Source: Escherichia phage CMSTMSU
Strand: one strand, 5' to 3'
Length of the DNA: 64,000 nucleotides
Sequence record: MH494197.1
The notes under the pieces are model-generated. The model saw only the letters and a list, made by a program, of their open reading frames with translations. It did no database searches and was not told the origin of the DNA. This document shows positions 32,527 to 42,849 of this stretch, piece by piece. Position 1 is the first letter of the stretch. Every line of letters begins with the position of its first letter. A program made the translations under genes and the position numbers.

Positions 32527-32775
32527 TCAGACTACATAAAAAATAACAGTTGTTGGCAATAACATGAAATCAATCATAGCTGTATCATCAGGTGGATCAC
32601 ATACCAAATAATACAAACAAGTAATACTAATAATGGTTGACCCAATAAAAGGAATACAAAATTCTTTTATCTGTTTTTCAACATAATCAAACATCTTCAG
32701 TACAAATAAAAATCCAACCCAACACATAATAAAATAGAATGAATACAACGTGTAAATCAATGTTAAGATATCCAT
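32527..32775 (-). CDS. small membrane protein
   Basis: Track ORF; hydrophobic. Confidence 0.4.
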   Translation of the reverse strand: MDILTLIYTLYSFYFIMCWVGFLFVLKMFDYVEKQIKEFCIPFIGSTIISITCLYYLVCDPPDDTAMIDFMLLPTTVIFYVV

Positions 32776-32907
32776 TAGTACCTCGCATCAGGAACTTTAG
32801 CACGTAATTTATGAACGACTGGGAACAACAACAAACTTACATATGCAATAGTTGAACCCCAATAGAATACTAATATAATTGGTTCACCATTGGAACGGAA
32901 CCCTCTA

Positions 32908-33138
32908 CTAATCATTGAGTAGTGAATAATAGGCATAAACATCGCCATAAAACCATGCGTGTAATTTTAATTGCAGCATGTTATCAGAGATGAATACTGA
33001 AATTGGTCGTTTGAAGAACCACATCAGAAAGTAGAATCCAGCACTAAGAATATAGTACATAGTACTAACTTTCATATACCACGGCAGTAAGTGTAAAAAT
33101 ATTCCATCATTCCTCCGGTATCTTGTTTCGAAGTTCAA
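32908..33138 (-). CDS. small membrane protein
   Basis: Track ORF; WFFKRPISVF motif. Confidence 0.4.
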   Translation of the reverse strand: MNFETRYRRNDGIFLHLLPWYMKVSTMYYILSAGFYFLMWFFKRPISVFISDNMLQLKLHAWFYGDVYAYYSLLND

Positions 33139-33453
33139 TCATAACACAACAAAGTTTAATGGCCAAGTAAAAACTACACATATCATACCCAATGTACCGT
33201 AAACTGCGGAGAATGCTGGCAGTACCTTTCCTGTGAGTGTTGCTACAATACATGCTATCAATGTTGATGCAAACAACGATTGATTAATGAAAGAATTCAT
33301 AAAATCTTCACCATTACGCTTATAGAATTGTCGTTTAAAATACCATCCTAGAAACATAACTACCCAAAATGTTACATAACCTGTTAGAATAATCCCTGCA
33401 ATTGAATGTGCAACAGAACTACTCTTTAAAAACTCAAGATAAGCTTCAATCAT
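33139..33453 (-). CDS. small membrane protein
   Basis: Track ORF; several hydrophobic segments; WYFKRQFYKR motif. Confidence 0.5.
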   Translation of the reverse strand: MIEAYLEFLKSSSVAHSIAGIILTGYVTFWVVMFLGWYFKRQFYKRNGEDFMNSFINQSLFASTLIACIVATLTGKVLPAFSAVYGTLGMICVVFTWPLNFVVL

Positions 33454-33856
33454 TAGAAATCTCCACGAATTTTTGCTCTACCATTAATGATGAGATTAAA
33501 CAAGTATATCAGCACCCAAATTAGTAATCCAAGGAATACAATATATTGTGATATTGAGTTCAAGTGAGGATTAGCACAATAAATTAAGTGTGCGATAAGA
33601 CCAACAATTGCAAACATACCTTGGATAATAGTGAAAAGAAGTAGTGAAATGTTTCCATCAGGATACAGTTTGAAAACGATTTTCTTTTTAAAATACCATA
33701 GTACTACAACTAGTGCATGATAAAAGAAAAACCAAACAGATAAATCAAAGTAATACTAAGCATTGTATCTGAATTAAAAACTCAAGCATATCGTATCTCC
33801 GGTGGTGAATATTAAGTTATAGTACTACACTATGGTAGTACTGTCAATACATGTAA

Positions 33857-34626
33857 TTAAATTTTCTCAAGGAACATGTTTTCTGCCATTGACTCCCAAT
33901 CATATGGAAATTTATTATACAGACCAGCGATCAGTACTGGCATACGCAGAGAAGGTGAACGCAGCTTTTCTTCGTTGTTCAGCATCCAGTTTAAGATAGC
34001 TTTACAACCATTTTTATTAACCCCATTGTTCTCAAGAATATTAGTCTTGTTCATGATGTTCTCAATGTGAATCATAACTTCTTCGTTAGTGAACAGTTGA
34101 AGATCAACAAAGATACTACGAGTAATCAGTGCATCAATGTGTGGTGCTAAACTGCTTTTACCTTTAGCAATCTGTGACAGGTTTTGTTCGTCAGGAAGAT
34201 TACCTTCCCACGGAATTCAAACTGCTTAGGAATACCCTGCTGTTCCGTACTTCCCAGAAGTTGCATAAGATACAACCCGCTTCTCTGACGTGTCCAACAC
34301 GGCTTTAAGTAAATCAATATTGGTTTCATCACTGAAGATATCAACGTCATCAAGTAACAGTACTGATGCGGCATGACGTGAACGATACAGTGCTTCGTAC
34401 AGACCCATAGTGGTTACTTTACCGCTGATCTTTTGTAGTCGATTTCAAAGTTATCATCAGCTTTCTGCAAACGCTGGTCAACGTTGTAAGTTTTTCCAAC
34501 ACCACCTTTACCAGATACAATCAGGGAATTGATTGAATTAGCTTGGGTATCAAGTAAACATTCCAAAGCTGCCATCATGCTGTTGAAGTTCTTTTCGATT
34601 TGGATTGCTTTCTCTGTACGGGTCAT
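33857..34626 (-). CDS. P-loop NTPase (frame breaks)
   Basis: ATG at 34626 behind AGAGGA; Walker A SGKGGVGKT, Walker B-like VLLLDDVD, IFLTN; assembled from track ORFs 34414..34773, 34226..34408, 34147..34374, 33857..34075. Confidence 0.55.
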
Positions 34627-34654
34627 GTCTTTATCCTCTTGAGTTGATGAAATG

Positions 34655-34686
34655 ATTATAGCAAAAGGGCTGACTAGTGTCAACCC
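34655..34686 (-). promoter_or_regulatory. composite hairpin terminator with embedded promoter (TTGACA-17-TATAAT)
   Basis: Minus-strand GGGTTGACACTAGTCAGCCC hairpin then TTTTGCTATAAT; -35 lies in the stem. Confidence 0.55.
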
Positions 34687-34813
34687 TTTTGTTTTAGATA
34701 ATTTGTACTTCATCATAGATCTTGCACGATTTGCTTTCCGGGTTATTTGTAAATTTATACCTAGTGGAATCAAGAATTATTTTAAATCTTCTTTCACATA
34801 GTACTCATATAAT

Positions 34814-35011
34814 TTAATTACTTTTGTATATTGAATCACATTGTCTACGCAATAGTTTATAGTATGCTTTACCACGAGGAAATAGTTTACGTGTATGTTC
34901 TCCTTTTCCCCACGGTCCTAAATATGTTTTACGCGTGTCGTGATTATTAAAGTTATTTGATACAGTTGATTTTGTACCAATCGGATCTTCCTTACTAAAA
35001 TAGATAGACAT
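34814..35011 (-). CDS. hypothetical protein (65 aa)
   Basis: Track ORF on early strand. Confidence 0.3.
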   Translation of the reverse strand: MSIYFSKEDPIGTKSTVSNNFNNHDTRKTYLGPWGKGEHTRKLFPRGKAYYKLLRRQCDSIYKSN

Positions 35012-35332
35012 TATAAAGTTCTCTCTTCACTAAGTTTTTGTATTAAACTATTTCGGTAGCTCCATACTTAAAGTAAATTTCCTTAATCATTTCAAGATTA
35101 TGGATGCTTGTAGTTTCAGACCAACCATCCTCCATCAATTCACGTTCAATAATACCTTTCGTATTATGGATTTTAATATTTTCAGTTTGAAACAGTTTCT
35201 TACATTCAGTTTCGGCAGCAATACAATCAACTGGATTTTCAAATTTAAAAGAGCTAATACGTTTTATATCATAATAACATTTTAAGTTTTGTTCATATTC
35301 ACGACGACCGAGGATTGTTTCAATTCCATATT

Positions 35333-36611
35333 TTAGCCCAATATATTCACCTGCATTACATATACCACTAATATATGCAATTTTTGATTGCGATGTGCCT
35401 TACGAGGATTGCCACATCCACGCAAATGTATAGATGGTGTTTGCCAGAATTCATCACCACTTTCTGGATCAATAATACACACATTAGTACGGGCATCAAT
35501 ATACTCTACTTTACTGTAATCATATTGTTCATCGTGAATTTCGTTAGCCCTGTTGATAAATTCATCAATTGACATTTTATTTTTCAGGCCAGTTGATATA
35601 TTAGCACGATCATTATTACCACATCCCATCAAATGTGATGATGGTGTTTGCCAGAATTCACCATATACTGGATCTATAATACATACCTTAGTACTGTTGT
35701 TTACGTATACGACCTTACTATAATCATACAGATTATCATGCACCAAATTGGCCTTCTCGATAAATTCATCAAGTGTTAAGCGTTTACTCTGTGCCGTTTT
35801 TCAAAACCACGGATTGGGTTTCCATGACCTTTCCAATGGTAGATTGGTTCTTGCCAGAATTCACCATATACTGGATCTACAATACATACCTTAGTCCATG
35901 CACCAGTATACTCCACTTTACTGTAGTCATATAAATGACCATGTACTGCACGAGAACGTTCAATAAAACTTCGTTGGTGAATGTTTTATTTACTGAAGTT
36001 CCTATACGCCCACGTTCCATGTTACCATGCTTGGATTTTAAATGGTCATATGGCGTTTGCCAGAATTCACCATACACTGGATCAATAATGCATACTGGAG
36101 TTTTACTATTAACATATTCTACGTTTGAATAATCGAACGTATTTCCAAAACGTTCGATAGCTTCAGCTATAAATGTTTCAGTTGTTTTTGATTTAAGTTT
36201 TTACCATTTTCAATGGCACGTTGTGGGCTACCTGCACCTTTTAAATGGGAGCTGGGTTCTTGCCAGAATTCACCATACACTGGATCAATAATACATACCT
36301 TAGTGCTATTATTTTTATAAACAACTTTACTATAATCATAGAGGTTGTTATGAACTTTTTCTGCTCGTTCTATAAACGTTTGGGTGGTTAATTTGCCAAC
36401 ACCTGAACGATATGGATTCCTGACCGCGAATGTGATGTGACGGAGTTTGCCAGAATTCACCATACACCGGATCAATAATGCATACTGGTTCTTTAGCTTT
36501 TACATACACTGCTTTTTCGTAATTATAGAGATCACCATGTACATTTCGTGCAGCAATTAAAAAGTTTCTTGGTCGGTAACACGCATTTTCTTTATCCCTA
36601 GTACGTTTCAT
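35333..36611 (-). CDS. tandem-repeat protein(s), ~45-aa module repeated at least six times (frame breaks)
   Basis: Track ORFs 35333..35746, 35877..36077, 36167..36475, 36348..36611 and shifted frames repeat the module (F)IxRAxxVHxNLYDYSKVxYxxxxTKVCIIDPVYGEFWQTPxxHLxGxG. Confidence 0.5.
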
Positions 36612-36875
36612 TTCGATAGAGCTATAATAGCAAAGGGCTGACCGAAGTCAACTCTTTGATATGATAATATAATCATTCCATAAATTATATATATTGTTTT
36701 CAACACAATCATCATCGCTTAATTCTATAATTGACGAGATAAGTTCTGATAAGGTTTGTGTGTTCAAAACCGTATCACGATGTCTCAACCACCATTTCAT
36801 GGTGAGTGTTCGGATTTTGTACGGATTGTTTGAAAACTTGTATCTAGAAGTGTCAAGTATCATTTTAATCTCTAT

Positions 36876-37310
36876 TTACTTAATCATCTCGGTATAGTAC
36901 TCAGGTAACTCAACATCAGTAAATTTATACCACTTAGGCTTCATTTGGAGCTTCTCAATCAAGCGTTCACGAGACATTTTAATCTCTGAATCAGATGGTA
37001 CATAGTCCGCAAAACTCCGCAGGAAGCCGCTAATGTCGTTTAATTCAATGTTTTGAATCTTCATACCACGACGCAAACATTCGTTAACAATTTCAATATG
37101 ACGCTTCTGTAAGTACAATAACTTGTTGTAGAAGAATGTTACATGACCTGAACCTAACAGGTAAGTACTGTTAATTTTGAAATCACGTACACGCTTACGT
37201 GCTTGAACATGTTTTTGTACAGCACCAAATACACGTGGAAGTTCACGATATTCAGCCATCAGATGTTGGTCAGCAAGTTCTTTAACGTGTACTAAGTTAA
37301 TGCGGGTCAT
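36876..37310 (-). CDS. denV: pyrimidine dimer DNA glycosylase (T4 endonuclease V-like)
   Basis: Track ORF 36876..37367 trimmed to Met behind GAGAGGA; [35 protein letters not shown]...VRDFKI...GHVTFFY closely parallels T4 DenV as recalled from memory. Confidence 0.85.
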   Translation of the reverse strand: MTRINLVHVKELADQHLMAEYRELPRVFGAVQKHVQARKRVRDFKINSTYLLGSGHVTFFYNKLLYLQKRHIEIVNECLRRGMKIQNIELNDISGFLRSFADYVPSDSEIKMSRERLIEKLQMKPKWYKFTDVELPEYYTEMIK

Positions 37311-37314
37311 GTAT

Positions 37315-37533
37315 TCATCCTCTCGTCTTGATGAAATAATTATAGCAAAAGGGCTGACCGAAGTCAACCCGTTTTGAAAGGATTTTTAATGGTTTTCGTA
37401 CTGTATGTATTTTGCTTTGTAGTTCTTCTTCCCACAAAACATTTATATTATAAACTAAATCATTGTAGTCACTGTTCACAAAGATAAAATCATACTTCTC
37501 ATTAAAAGTATGAGAAATCAATTTCATTTTCAT
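37315..37533 (-). CDS. hypothetical protein (72 aa)
   Basis: Track ORF; 3' codons overlap the hairpin element, true stop uncertain. Confidence 0.3.
   Translation of the reverse strand: MKMKLISHTFNEKYDFIFVNSDYNDLVYNINVLWEEELQSKIHTVRKPLKILSKRVDFGQPFCYNYFIKTRG
37339..37370 (-). promoter_or_regulatory. composite hairpin terminator with embedded promoter (TTGACT-17-TATAAT), promoter of denV
   Basis: Minus-strand GGGTTGACTTCGGTCAGCCCTTTTGCTATAAT. Confidence 0.65.
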
Positions 37534-37720
37534 AAGTATTATTGAACTTTTAAATTTATATGTTTCTTTTTCTTCTCCAGTTTTTGAACTTTGTATATTT
37601 TTATAAATTCCATGAATTCATCATTGGTCATTGTTTCAGCATCCAACAATACCCAACTTCACAATCTCATACCCGTCCAGATATCCGTAGGAACACTCAG
37701 GTGTTTCATAAGATGAACCA

Positions 37721-37907
37721 TCATAGATGCCCGCATTGGCTTTTGGAATTCTCAAGCAATCGTTGCAGTACTGATACGTCATCAAGAACGTAATACAAGT
37801 TAGCATATAAATCCGTTACAATACAGTACTCCAACATGTCAAATGTATCAATCGAAATTTCAACCTTAGCAAATCGTTTCTTTTCTTTATTATACAATGC
37901 GTACATA
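37721..37907 (-). CDS. hypothetical protein (62 aa)
   Basis: Track ORF 37721..37972 trimmed to internal ATG (MYALYNKEKKRFAKVE...). Confidence 0.3.
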
Positions 37908-37908
37908 T

Positions 37909-38278
37909 TAATCTCCATAATCAAGTTTAACCAACTTACCACACAGATACCCAAAGTTTTCTGGCTTCGCATCTGAATAGAAGAAGTCAGTACTCAACTC
38001 TGAATCCAATGCTAAAGCACACAACTCCACCCAAAATAAACCCTATGTTGTACTGGCTTACAACGTTTCTGTACAGTTACTAGTCCAGTACATGATGACC
38101 ACAACGTAGGGCAGATACCACTATCACTACGCTTGGAGTACTGCATCCAAGAACGTTCATTGAGGTTAGCTATCATCCCTGTTAAGAATAGCTTCCAACT
38201 TTTAAAGGTTGGAATCTTGATAGCATATTCCCCAATGAGTATGACAGTTCGTGTTGCACCTTTCAAATCTATATTCAT
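37909..38278 (-). CDS. small protein-kinase-like protein (frame break)
   Basis: Track ORF 38012..38323 gives Gly-loop/Lys region (NIDLKGATRTVILIGEYAIKIP); shifted frame gives catalytic-loop-like DAKPENFG and DFG-like KLDYGD. Confidence 0.4.
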
Positions 38279-38286
38279 ATTTTTAA

Positions 38287-38538
38287 TTAGAAGAACACAA
38301 ACCAAGTCCAGAATAAATTCCACACTACAAATAAAGACATAGTGGTTTTATGTACAATATCAGCAGTACTGGTCCATCCTCCACCGTGTCCTATTCCATT
38401 TATGAATAGAACTAAGAACAAGATACCATTTACTACAATAGTACATAGTAAGTACACAAACACATTCCATGCAAGTTCAGGAGATACTAACGTAAATGGT
38501 AAAACAATTAGTAGTATTAGAACTAATAAAATTTTCAT
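38287..38538 (-). CDS. small membrane protein (83 aa)
   Basis: Track ORF; strongly hydrophobic. Confidence 0.45.
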   Translation of the reverse strand: MKILLVLILLIVLPFTLVSPELAWNVFVYLLCTIVVNGILFLVLFINGIGHGGGWTSTADIVHKTTMSLFVVWNLFWTWFVFF

Positions 38539-38571
38539 TTATCGCCTCACTTAATTAACGTGACAATTAGT

Positions 38572-38751
38572 ACGAATCAGATTCCCAGTACTCGATTGCT
38601 TCTTTCAGCAATTCTTTAGCACGTTGTTTTGCAATGCGAGCGGGTAACAGATATGTGTACATTAACTGACGCTTCACTTCATTCAGTGAAAGCTGTTCAT
38701 GGTACAGTGCATCCATCAGTCGATTACGAGTACGTAGTTTCATATAAGTTA
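38572..38751 (-). CDS. hypothetical protein (59 aa)
   Basis: Minus-strand ATG to TAA, below track cutoff; translates MKLRTRNRLMDALYHEQLSLNEVKRQLMYTYLL... Confidence 0.4.
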
Positions 38752-38754
38752 TCC

Positions 38755-39309
38755 TTATTTCAAAGAATCATAGTAAGCAGTGTCAAAGATTGGAGTCATA
38801 ATAACATAGTCAATACGGTCAATGTAAGTTGAACTCCACATTTCTGGTTTGTCATAAAATTGACGCTCGCGTTCATTCATACGAGTCAGTACTTCTTCCA
38901 ATTTACTACGTGAAGCCATCAATGTATTACGCGATCCATAAGTGAAGTACTCAGTCCATTGATATTCATATTCAGTACTGATAGATTGAATAGTACCATC
39001 TTTGAAATGAGCTAAGGCATATCCTTTCTCTACAAAGTTATCAGGTGGAAGAACACCATCTGGATTAGTTTTCAATGCTTTGGTTAACTTTTCTTTAATT
39101 TCAGTTAACGTGCATACTGAACGAATGTTCTTCAGGTTTGATACTTGAAAATCACTGTACTTTCCAAAGAAAAATACACGCCAATCTTTAGGTTCATTAT
39201 CAGATACGGTAATATTCGGATGATGGGCGAGTAAACGAAGAAGGCCAGCTTTGTGACCGTTAATGTAGATCTCATGGATGTGGTTAGCAGTTTTCTTAAA
39301 AGTAATCAT
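38755..39309 (-). CDS. hypothetical protein (184 aa)
   Basis: Uninterrupted track ORF; no motif recognised. Confidence 0.6.
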   Translation of the reverse strand: MITFKKTANHIHEIYINGHKAGLLRLLAHHPNITVSDNEPKDWRVFFFGKYSDFQVSNLKNIRSVCTLTEIKEKLTKALKTNPDGVLPPDNFVEKGYALAHFKDGTIQSISTEYEYQWTEYFTYGSRNTLMASRSKLEEVLTRMNERERQFYDKPEMWSSTYIDRIDYVIMTPIFDTAYYDSLK

Positions 39310-39384
39310 GACAATTCCTCGATTGTGGGGATGAGAAGTTCATCCCTTGATAAACATTATACAGTACTGAATGAGTTTGTCAAC

Positions 39385-39762
39385 TCAAAATAAATTCATT
39401 TCATGTGCGTATTGTGGTTCAAGATGCGATAAGTTTTTGAAGCTTTCTTTCAACTCAGCATCATCTACATACACCGTGCGTACATTCCCCATAGTGAAAC
39501 CTACCCACACAGTCATGTCACCAGTCCCTAAGCGTGGCATTGATAGCGAACCATCAGGTGAAACATCAAACGCTACACTGAAGTCATCAGTAACAACGTC
39601 TGAACCATTTTCGAGAATAATACATCCACTATCTTTAAGCTTCTGAATGTGGATAGCAGCCTCTACAGCACGTTTGAAGTTATAGTAAGACTCTTTATCC
39701 TCAAACATTGATTGTTTAATCAGACGCTTGTTTAGCTCGGTTACTTTGTGCATTTGACGCAT
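39385..39762 (-). CDS. hypothetical protein (125 aa)
   Basis: Uninterrupted track ORF. Confidence 0.55.
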   Translation of the reverse strand: MRQMHKVTELNKRLIKQSMFEDKESYYNFKRAVEAAIHIQKLKDSGCIILENGSDVVTDDFSVAFDVSPDGSLSMPRLGTGDMTVWVGFTMGNVRTVYVDDAELKESFKNLSHLEPQYAHEMNLF

Positions 39763-39792
39763 TACTTATCCATCTCCCACAGTTGTAGAATT

Positions 39793-40017
39793 TCATAAGA
39801 GCCGGTGGTGCTGGATTCCTGATCTCAGGAATTGAGTACTTTTAGGATTACCACCAGCATTAAATTCGTCAAGTAATGATTCCAGTTCGCGACGATCCTG
39901 AACAACATAAACACAATCACCTGAACCTTCTTCGAGAATCATTTCACTTCCTGCACAATCCCATACTGTTGAGATACATAGAATCTCTTTTGTATTTTTA
40001 TTACGCAATGCAAACAT
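39793..40017 (-). CDS. hypothetical protein (74 aa)
   Basis: Track ORF. Confidence 0.4.
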   Translation of the reverse strand: MFALRNKNTKEILCISTVWDCAGSEMILEEGSGDCVYVVQDRRELESLLDEFNAGGNPKSTQFLRSGIQHHRLL

Positions 40018-40025
40018 AGTAATCC

Positions 40026-40229
40026 CTATCGATTTGGCATTTTATCTCGTAATTTCACAAGATAATCAATCACGGTACATCCTGAAATAAAGGTAATATA
40101 AGTACTGAAAAATCCTACCAGAATAAAGGCAACAAGCGTACTCCCATTTGGTTCTTCAGCTTTAATACCAATGATACCATCAGATGCAGTGAAAAATGTA
40201 GACATAAACGTTAGACAGATGTACATCAC
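40026..40229 (-). CDS. small membrane protein with basic C-terminal tail
   Basis: Track ORF; ends ...LVKLRDKMPNR. Confidence 0.5.
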   Translation of the reverse strand: MMYICLTFMSTFFTASDGIIGIKAEEPNGSTLVAFILVGFFSTYITFISGCTVIDYLVKLRDKMPNR

Positions 40230-40369
40230 TAATAAGAATTCATGTTCTAATGACGGATAAAACGGTCAAAAGTTTATAAAATTTAAAGTACAGTAGGAGT
40301 ATACCAACAAAGGCATAGAAAGTAAACAGTGTTGTTATGATATATGATATTAAATTTAAATTATACATC

Positions 40370-40660
40370 TCAACGCTCCGGTAGATTATCACGTAATGTT
40401 TTGATTCGATTATACAATTTCATTGCTACATTCCCAAATAAACCAGAACCCATTACTAAAATGTATGCGATGATCATAGTAATAATTACAATAGTACCTA
40501 GACTGTAATGTACTGCACTGATACCCATTATTGTTTCTACAATGATGTGAGCAACAGAAATCACCAAAAGTACTACTACAATTGGATGATTTGGATACAT
40601 TCGGTTAAACAATGTTTTGTACTTAAAGAAGTACAGTACTCCACCAAATAAGAAGTACAC
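40370..40660 (-). CDS. small membrane protein with basic C-terminal tail
   Basis: Track ORF; ends ...YNRIKTLRDNLPER. Confidence 0.5.
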   Translation of the reverse strand: MYFLFGGVLYFFKYKTLFNRMYPNHPIVVVLLVISVAHIIVETIMGISAVHYSLGTIVIITMIIAYILVMGSGLFGNVAMKLYNRIKTLRDNLPER

Positions 40661-40719
40661 AATGTAGATTGATGCAACGGCATAAGCAAACGCATTAGTG
40701 TAAAAATCATTATCAATCC

Positions 40720-40983
40720 TTACTTTTCAGGGATTTTATTACGCCACTCATCGATGCGATGAAGCAGTTTAAAGAGCAAAAATATTGGAACTGTAGCTAT
40801 CATAGTAGCAATTGTTAGTAATGTCAACACCGATACGAGATTTAATTCGTCCGTACTATATCCACATACCAGTGCTTCAATTATCCCCACGTACATGCAC
40901 AGAACATCAAAATGAAATTGGTGCATCGTAGTATATGCGTTGATACAAGGTCGTGTATCGGAAGAATGCAATAATGTAACCAA
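40720..40983 (-). CDS. small membrane protein with basic C-terminal tail
   Basis: Track ORF; ends ...LLHRIDEWRNKIPEK. Confidence 0.5.
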   Translation of the reverse strand: MVTLLHSSDTRPCINAYTTMHQFHFDVLCMYVGIIEALVCGYSTDELNLVSVLTLLTIATMIATVPIFLLFKLLHRIDEWRNKIPEK

Positions 40984-41063
40984 ACATGTAATACACCCAA
41001 ACTAACGATACTATATAAAATGATACCTTATTAATTAATTCAAAATGATGTTCCATTTTACCC

Positions 41064-41366
41064 CTACATATATTCTAAGAATAATGTATTAGCTTCGTCT
41101 ATGTTCTTAAGATAATACATGTAATACAGATTTGGTTGTCCGTCTTTTGAACTCAAATCAAAGTACTTTAAACTATGCACCTTCATGACAAAAACAAATA
41201 ATGACTTAAAACCAATCTCACCGTACTTAATAAACAGTTCATCTAAATGAATGTAACTCTTAGTTTCAGATAATTCCTTCACATCAGCTTCAATTTCTTG
41301 TAAGCGAAGTTTACCGATTAAGTTTTCAAATGAACGCATGATCTTGTTCCTTATGCTGGTACACAA
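41064..41366 (-). CDS. hypothetical protein (100 aa)
   Basis: Track ORF. Confidence 0.45.
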   Translation of the reverse strand: MCTSIRNKIMRSFENLIGKLRLQEIEADVKELSETKSYIHLDELFIKYGEIGFKSLFVFVMKVHSLKYFDLSSKDGQPNLYYMYYLKNIDEANTLFLEYM

Positions 41367-41520
41367 TTTTTTATAATGAATACACGTTTCATGAATGAAC
41401 TTTCATATACGTACTTCAGTTTACCATTTTCACGCATACGATGAAACACATCTTTACCGCTAGTACTCCATGTTGAACCAGTCTCTGCATCAACATTGTT
41501 CATTACACCAGATGTTACGT

Positions 41521-41763
41521 TTACCCGTACTTGAAGCTAAAGGTACTACCTTCTTCTACCAGAGGGATTGGTGTACTACGTTCATGTTCCAGTACAAGTT
41601 TACTGCCGATGATGTTGTACGAAGTTATCTTGCATTTTAAAACACCCATCTCTTGTGCAGTTGGGTAATTCTTCTCAAACAAATCAGATACTTCATTTGC
41701 ATAACAAACTGAACTAATCATAAGAAGTAATGAACTGATAGAACGGAAAATAACTTTTAACAT
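41521..41763 (-). CDS. secreted hypothetical protein (80 aa)
   Basis: Track ORF; signal-peptide-like MLKVIFRSISSLLLMISSVCYA; GGAGG upstream. Confidence 0.55.
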   Translation of the reverse strand: MLKVIFRSISSLLLMISSVCYANEVSDLFEKNYPTAQEMGVLKCKITSYNIIGSKLVLEHERSTPIPLVEEGSTFSFKYG

Positions 41764-41789
41764 GTTTGCCTCCAGTAGTTGATGAAATG

Positions 41790-41821
41790 ATTATAGCAAA
41801 AGGGCCGACCGAAGTCAACCC
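41790..41821 (-). promoter_or_regulatory. composite hairpin terminator with embedded promoter (TTGACT-17-TATAAT)
   Basis: Minus-strand GGGTTGACTTCGGTCGGCCCTTTTGCTATAAT upstream of 41521..41763. Confidence 0.6.
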
Positions 41822-41842
41822 TTTTCTTTTATATTTTACATG

Positions 41843-42440
41843 TCATGTCTGGTTTTGGCTTTTCATTCTTTGGCTTTTCAAATGGATTTGGCTTAGGGAC
41901 TTTTTATCTTTGTCATCTTTAGCTTTCTTTTTGTTTTCTTTTTTATCCGATTTGTCAGCTTTGTCTTTCTTATCTTTTGAATCTTTGTCAGCTTTAGATT
42001 GTGGTTCCTCACATACAGCAGCTTTTGGCTCCGGCATATCACATGAGTTATCCACAGGTTTAATGAACTCTTTACAGTTGTAGAAGTATAAACTTTCATT
42101 GGTAGTAAGATTGTGGAATCTAAAGGTATTTTCACCATTAGTATATACTTTCTTAGTACTCTCAATATCATTACACATTGCAACCGTGTCACCGGAATTC
42201 ACGCTCGATACCTATTACATCCGACTTACGTTCAGATAGTATTCCAGACGTATATCGATCTTTGTTATCAAATGCATTGAACCCTATAGTTTTATTATTG
42301 TCATGTACCAATCCTCTAGTGTAAGACTTCGTATAGAACTCACCGTTTCTAAACTCCTGTCTAGCAATGGAGCACTGGTATTCAGTACTATAAACTATAT
42401 CAGTAAACAATACAAGTGAAAATAAAACATATTTAAACAT
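41843..42440 (-). CDS. secreted protein with Lys/Asp-rich tail (frame break)
   Basis: Track ORF 42189..42440 (signal-peptide-like MFKYVLFSLVLFTDIVYS) continues by one frame break into 41843..42202 (..KDSKDKKDKADKSDKKENKKKAKDDKDKK). Confidence 0.4.
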
Positions 42441-42480
42441 TGCATTACCTCTTATAAAACCCTCAACAATATTTACAAAA

Positions 42481-42498
42481 GGTTGACCGAAGTCAACC
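42481..42498 (-). terminator. hairpin terminator (GGTTGAC-CGAA-GTCAACC)
   Basis: Palindromic copy of the recurring hairpin flanked by A/T runs. Confidence 0.5.
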
Positions 42499-42849
42499 TT
42501 TTAAATGTTTATTTTTATCTTTTCCAACACCACGGTCGTACTCTTTGAATGAGTTATCAAGTGTAGTTAGTGCATACTCATATGCTTCTGGTGATTCAAT
42601 GTCAACATCATCTGCACCATTTACTAAATCAGCCCACGCCTTTTGAAGTTTACGAGCATTGTTACCAACATTATCTTTAATCCAACTAATGTTTTGTTGA
42701 TACTTTTACTATCAGCACCTGCTTTTTACCAATCTCGGATATCCACATCATTAGCTTTTGAAGTTCATGAATTGATTTATCGGTCATTTCAAGATGTTCT
42801 TCTTCCATACCTTCGGAATCAGATGAACTAACGTCAATTCCATGTTTAG

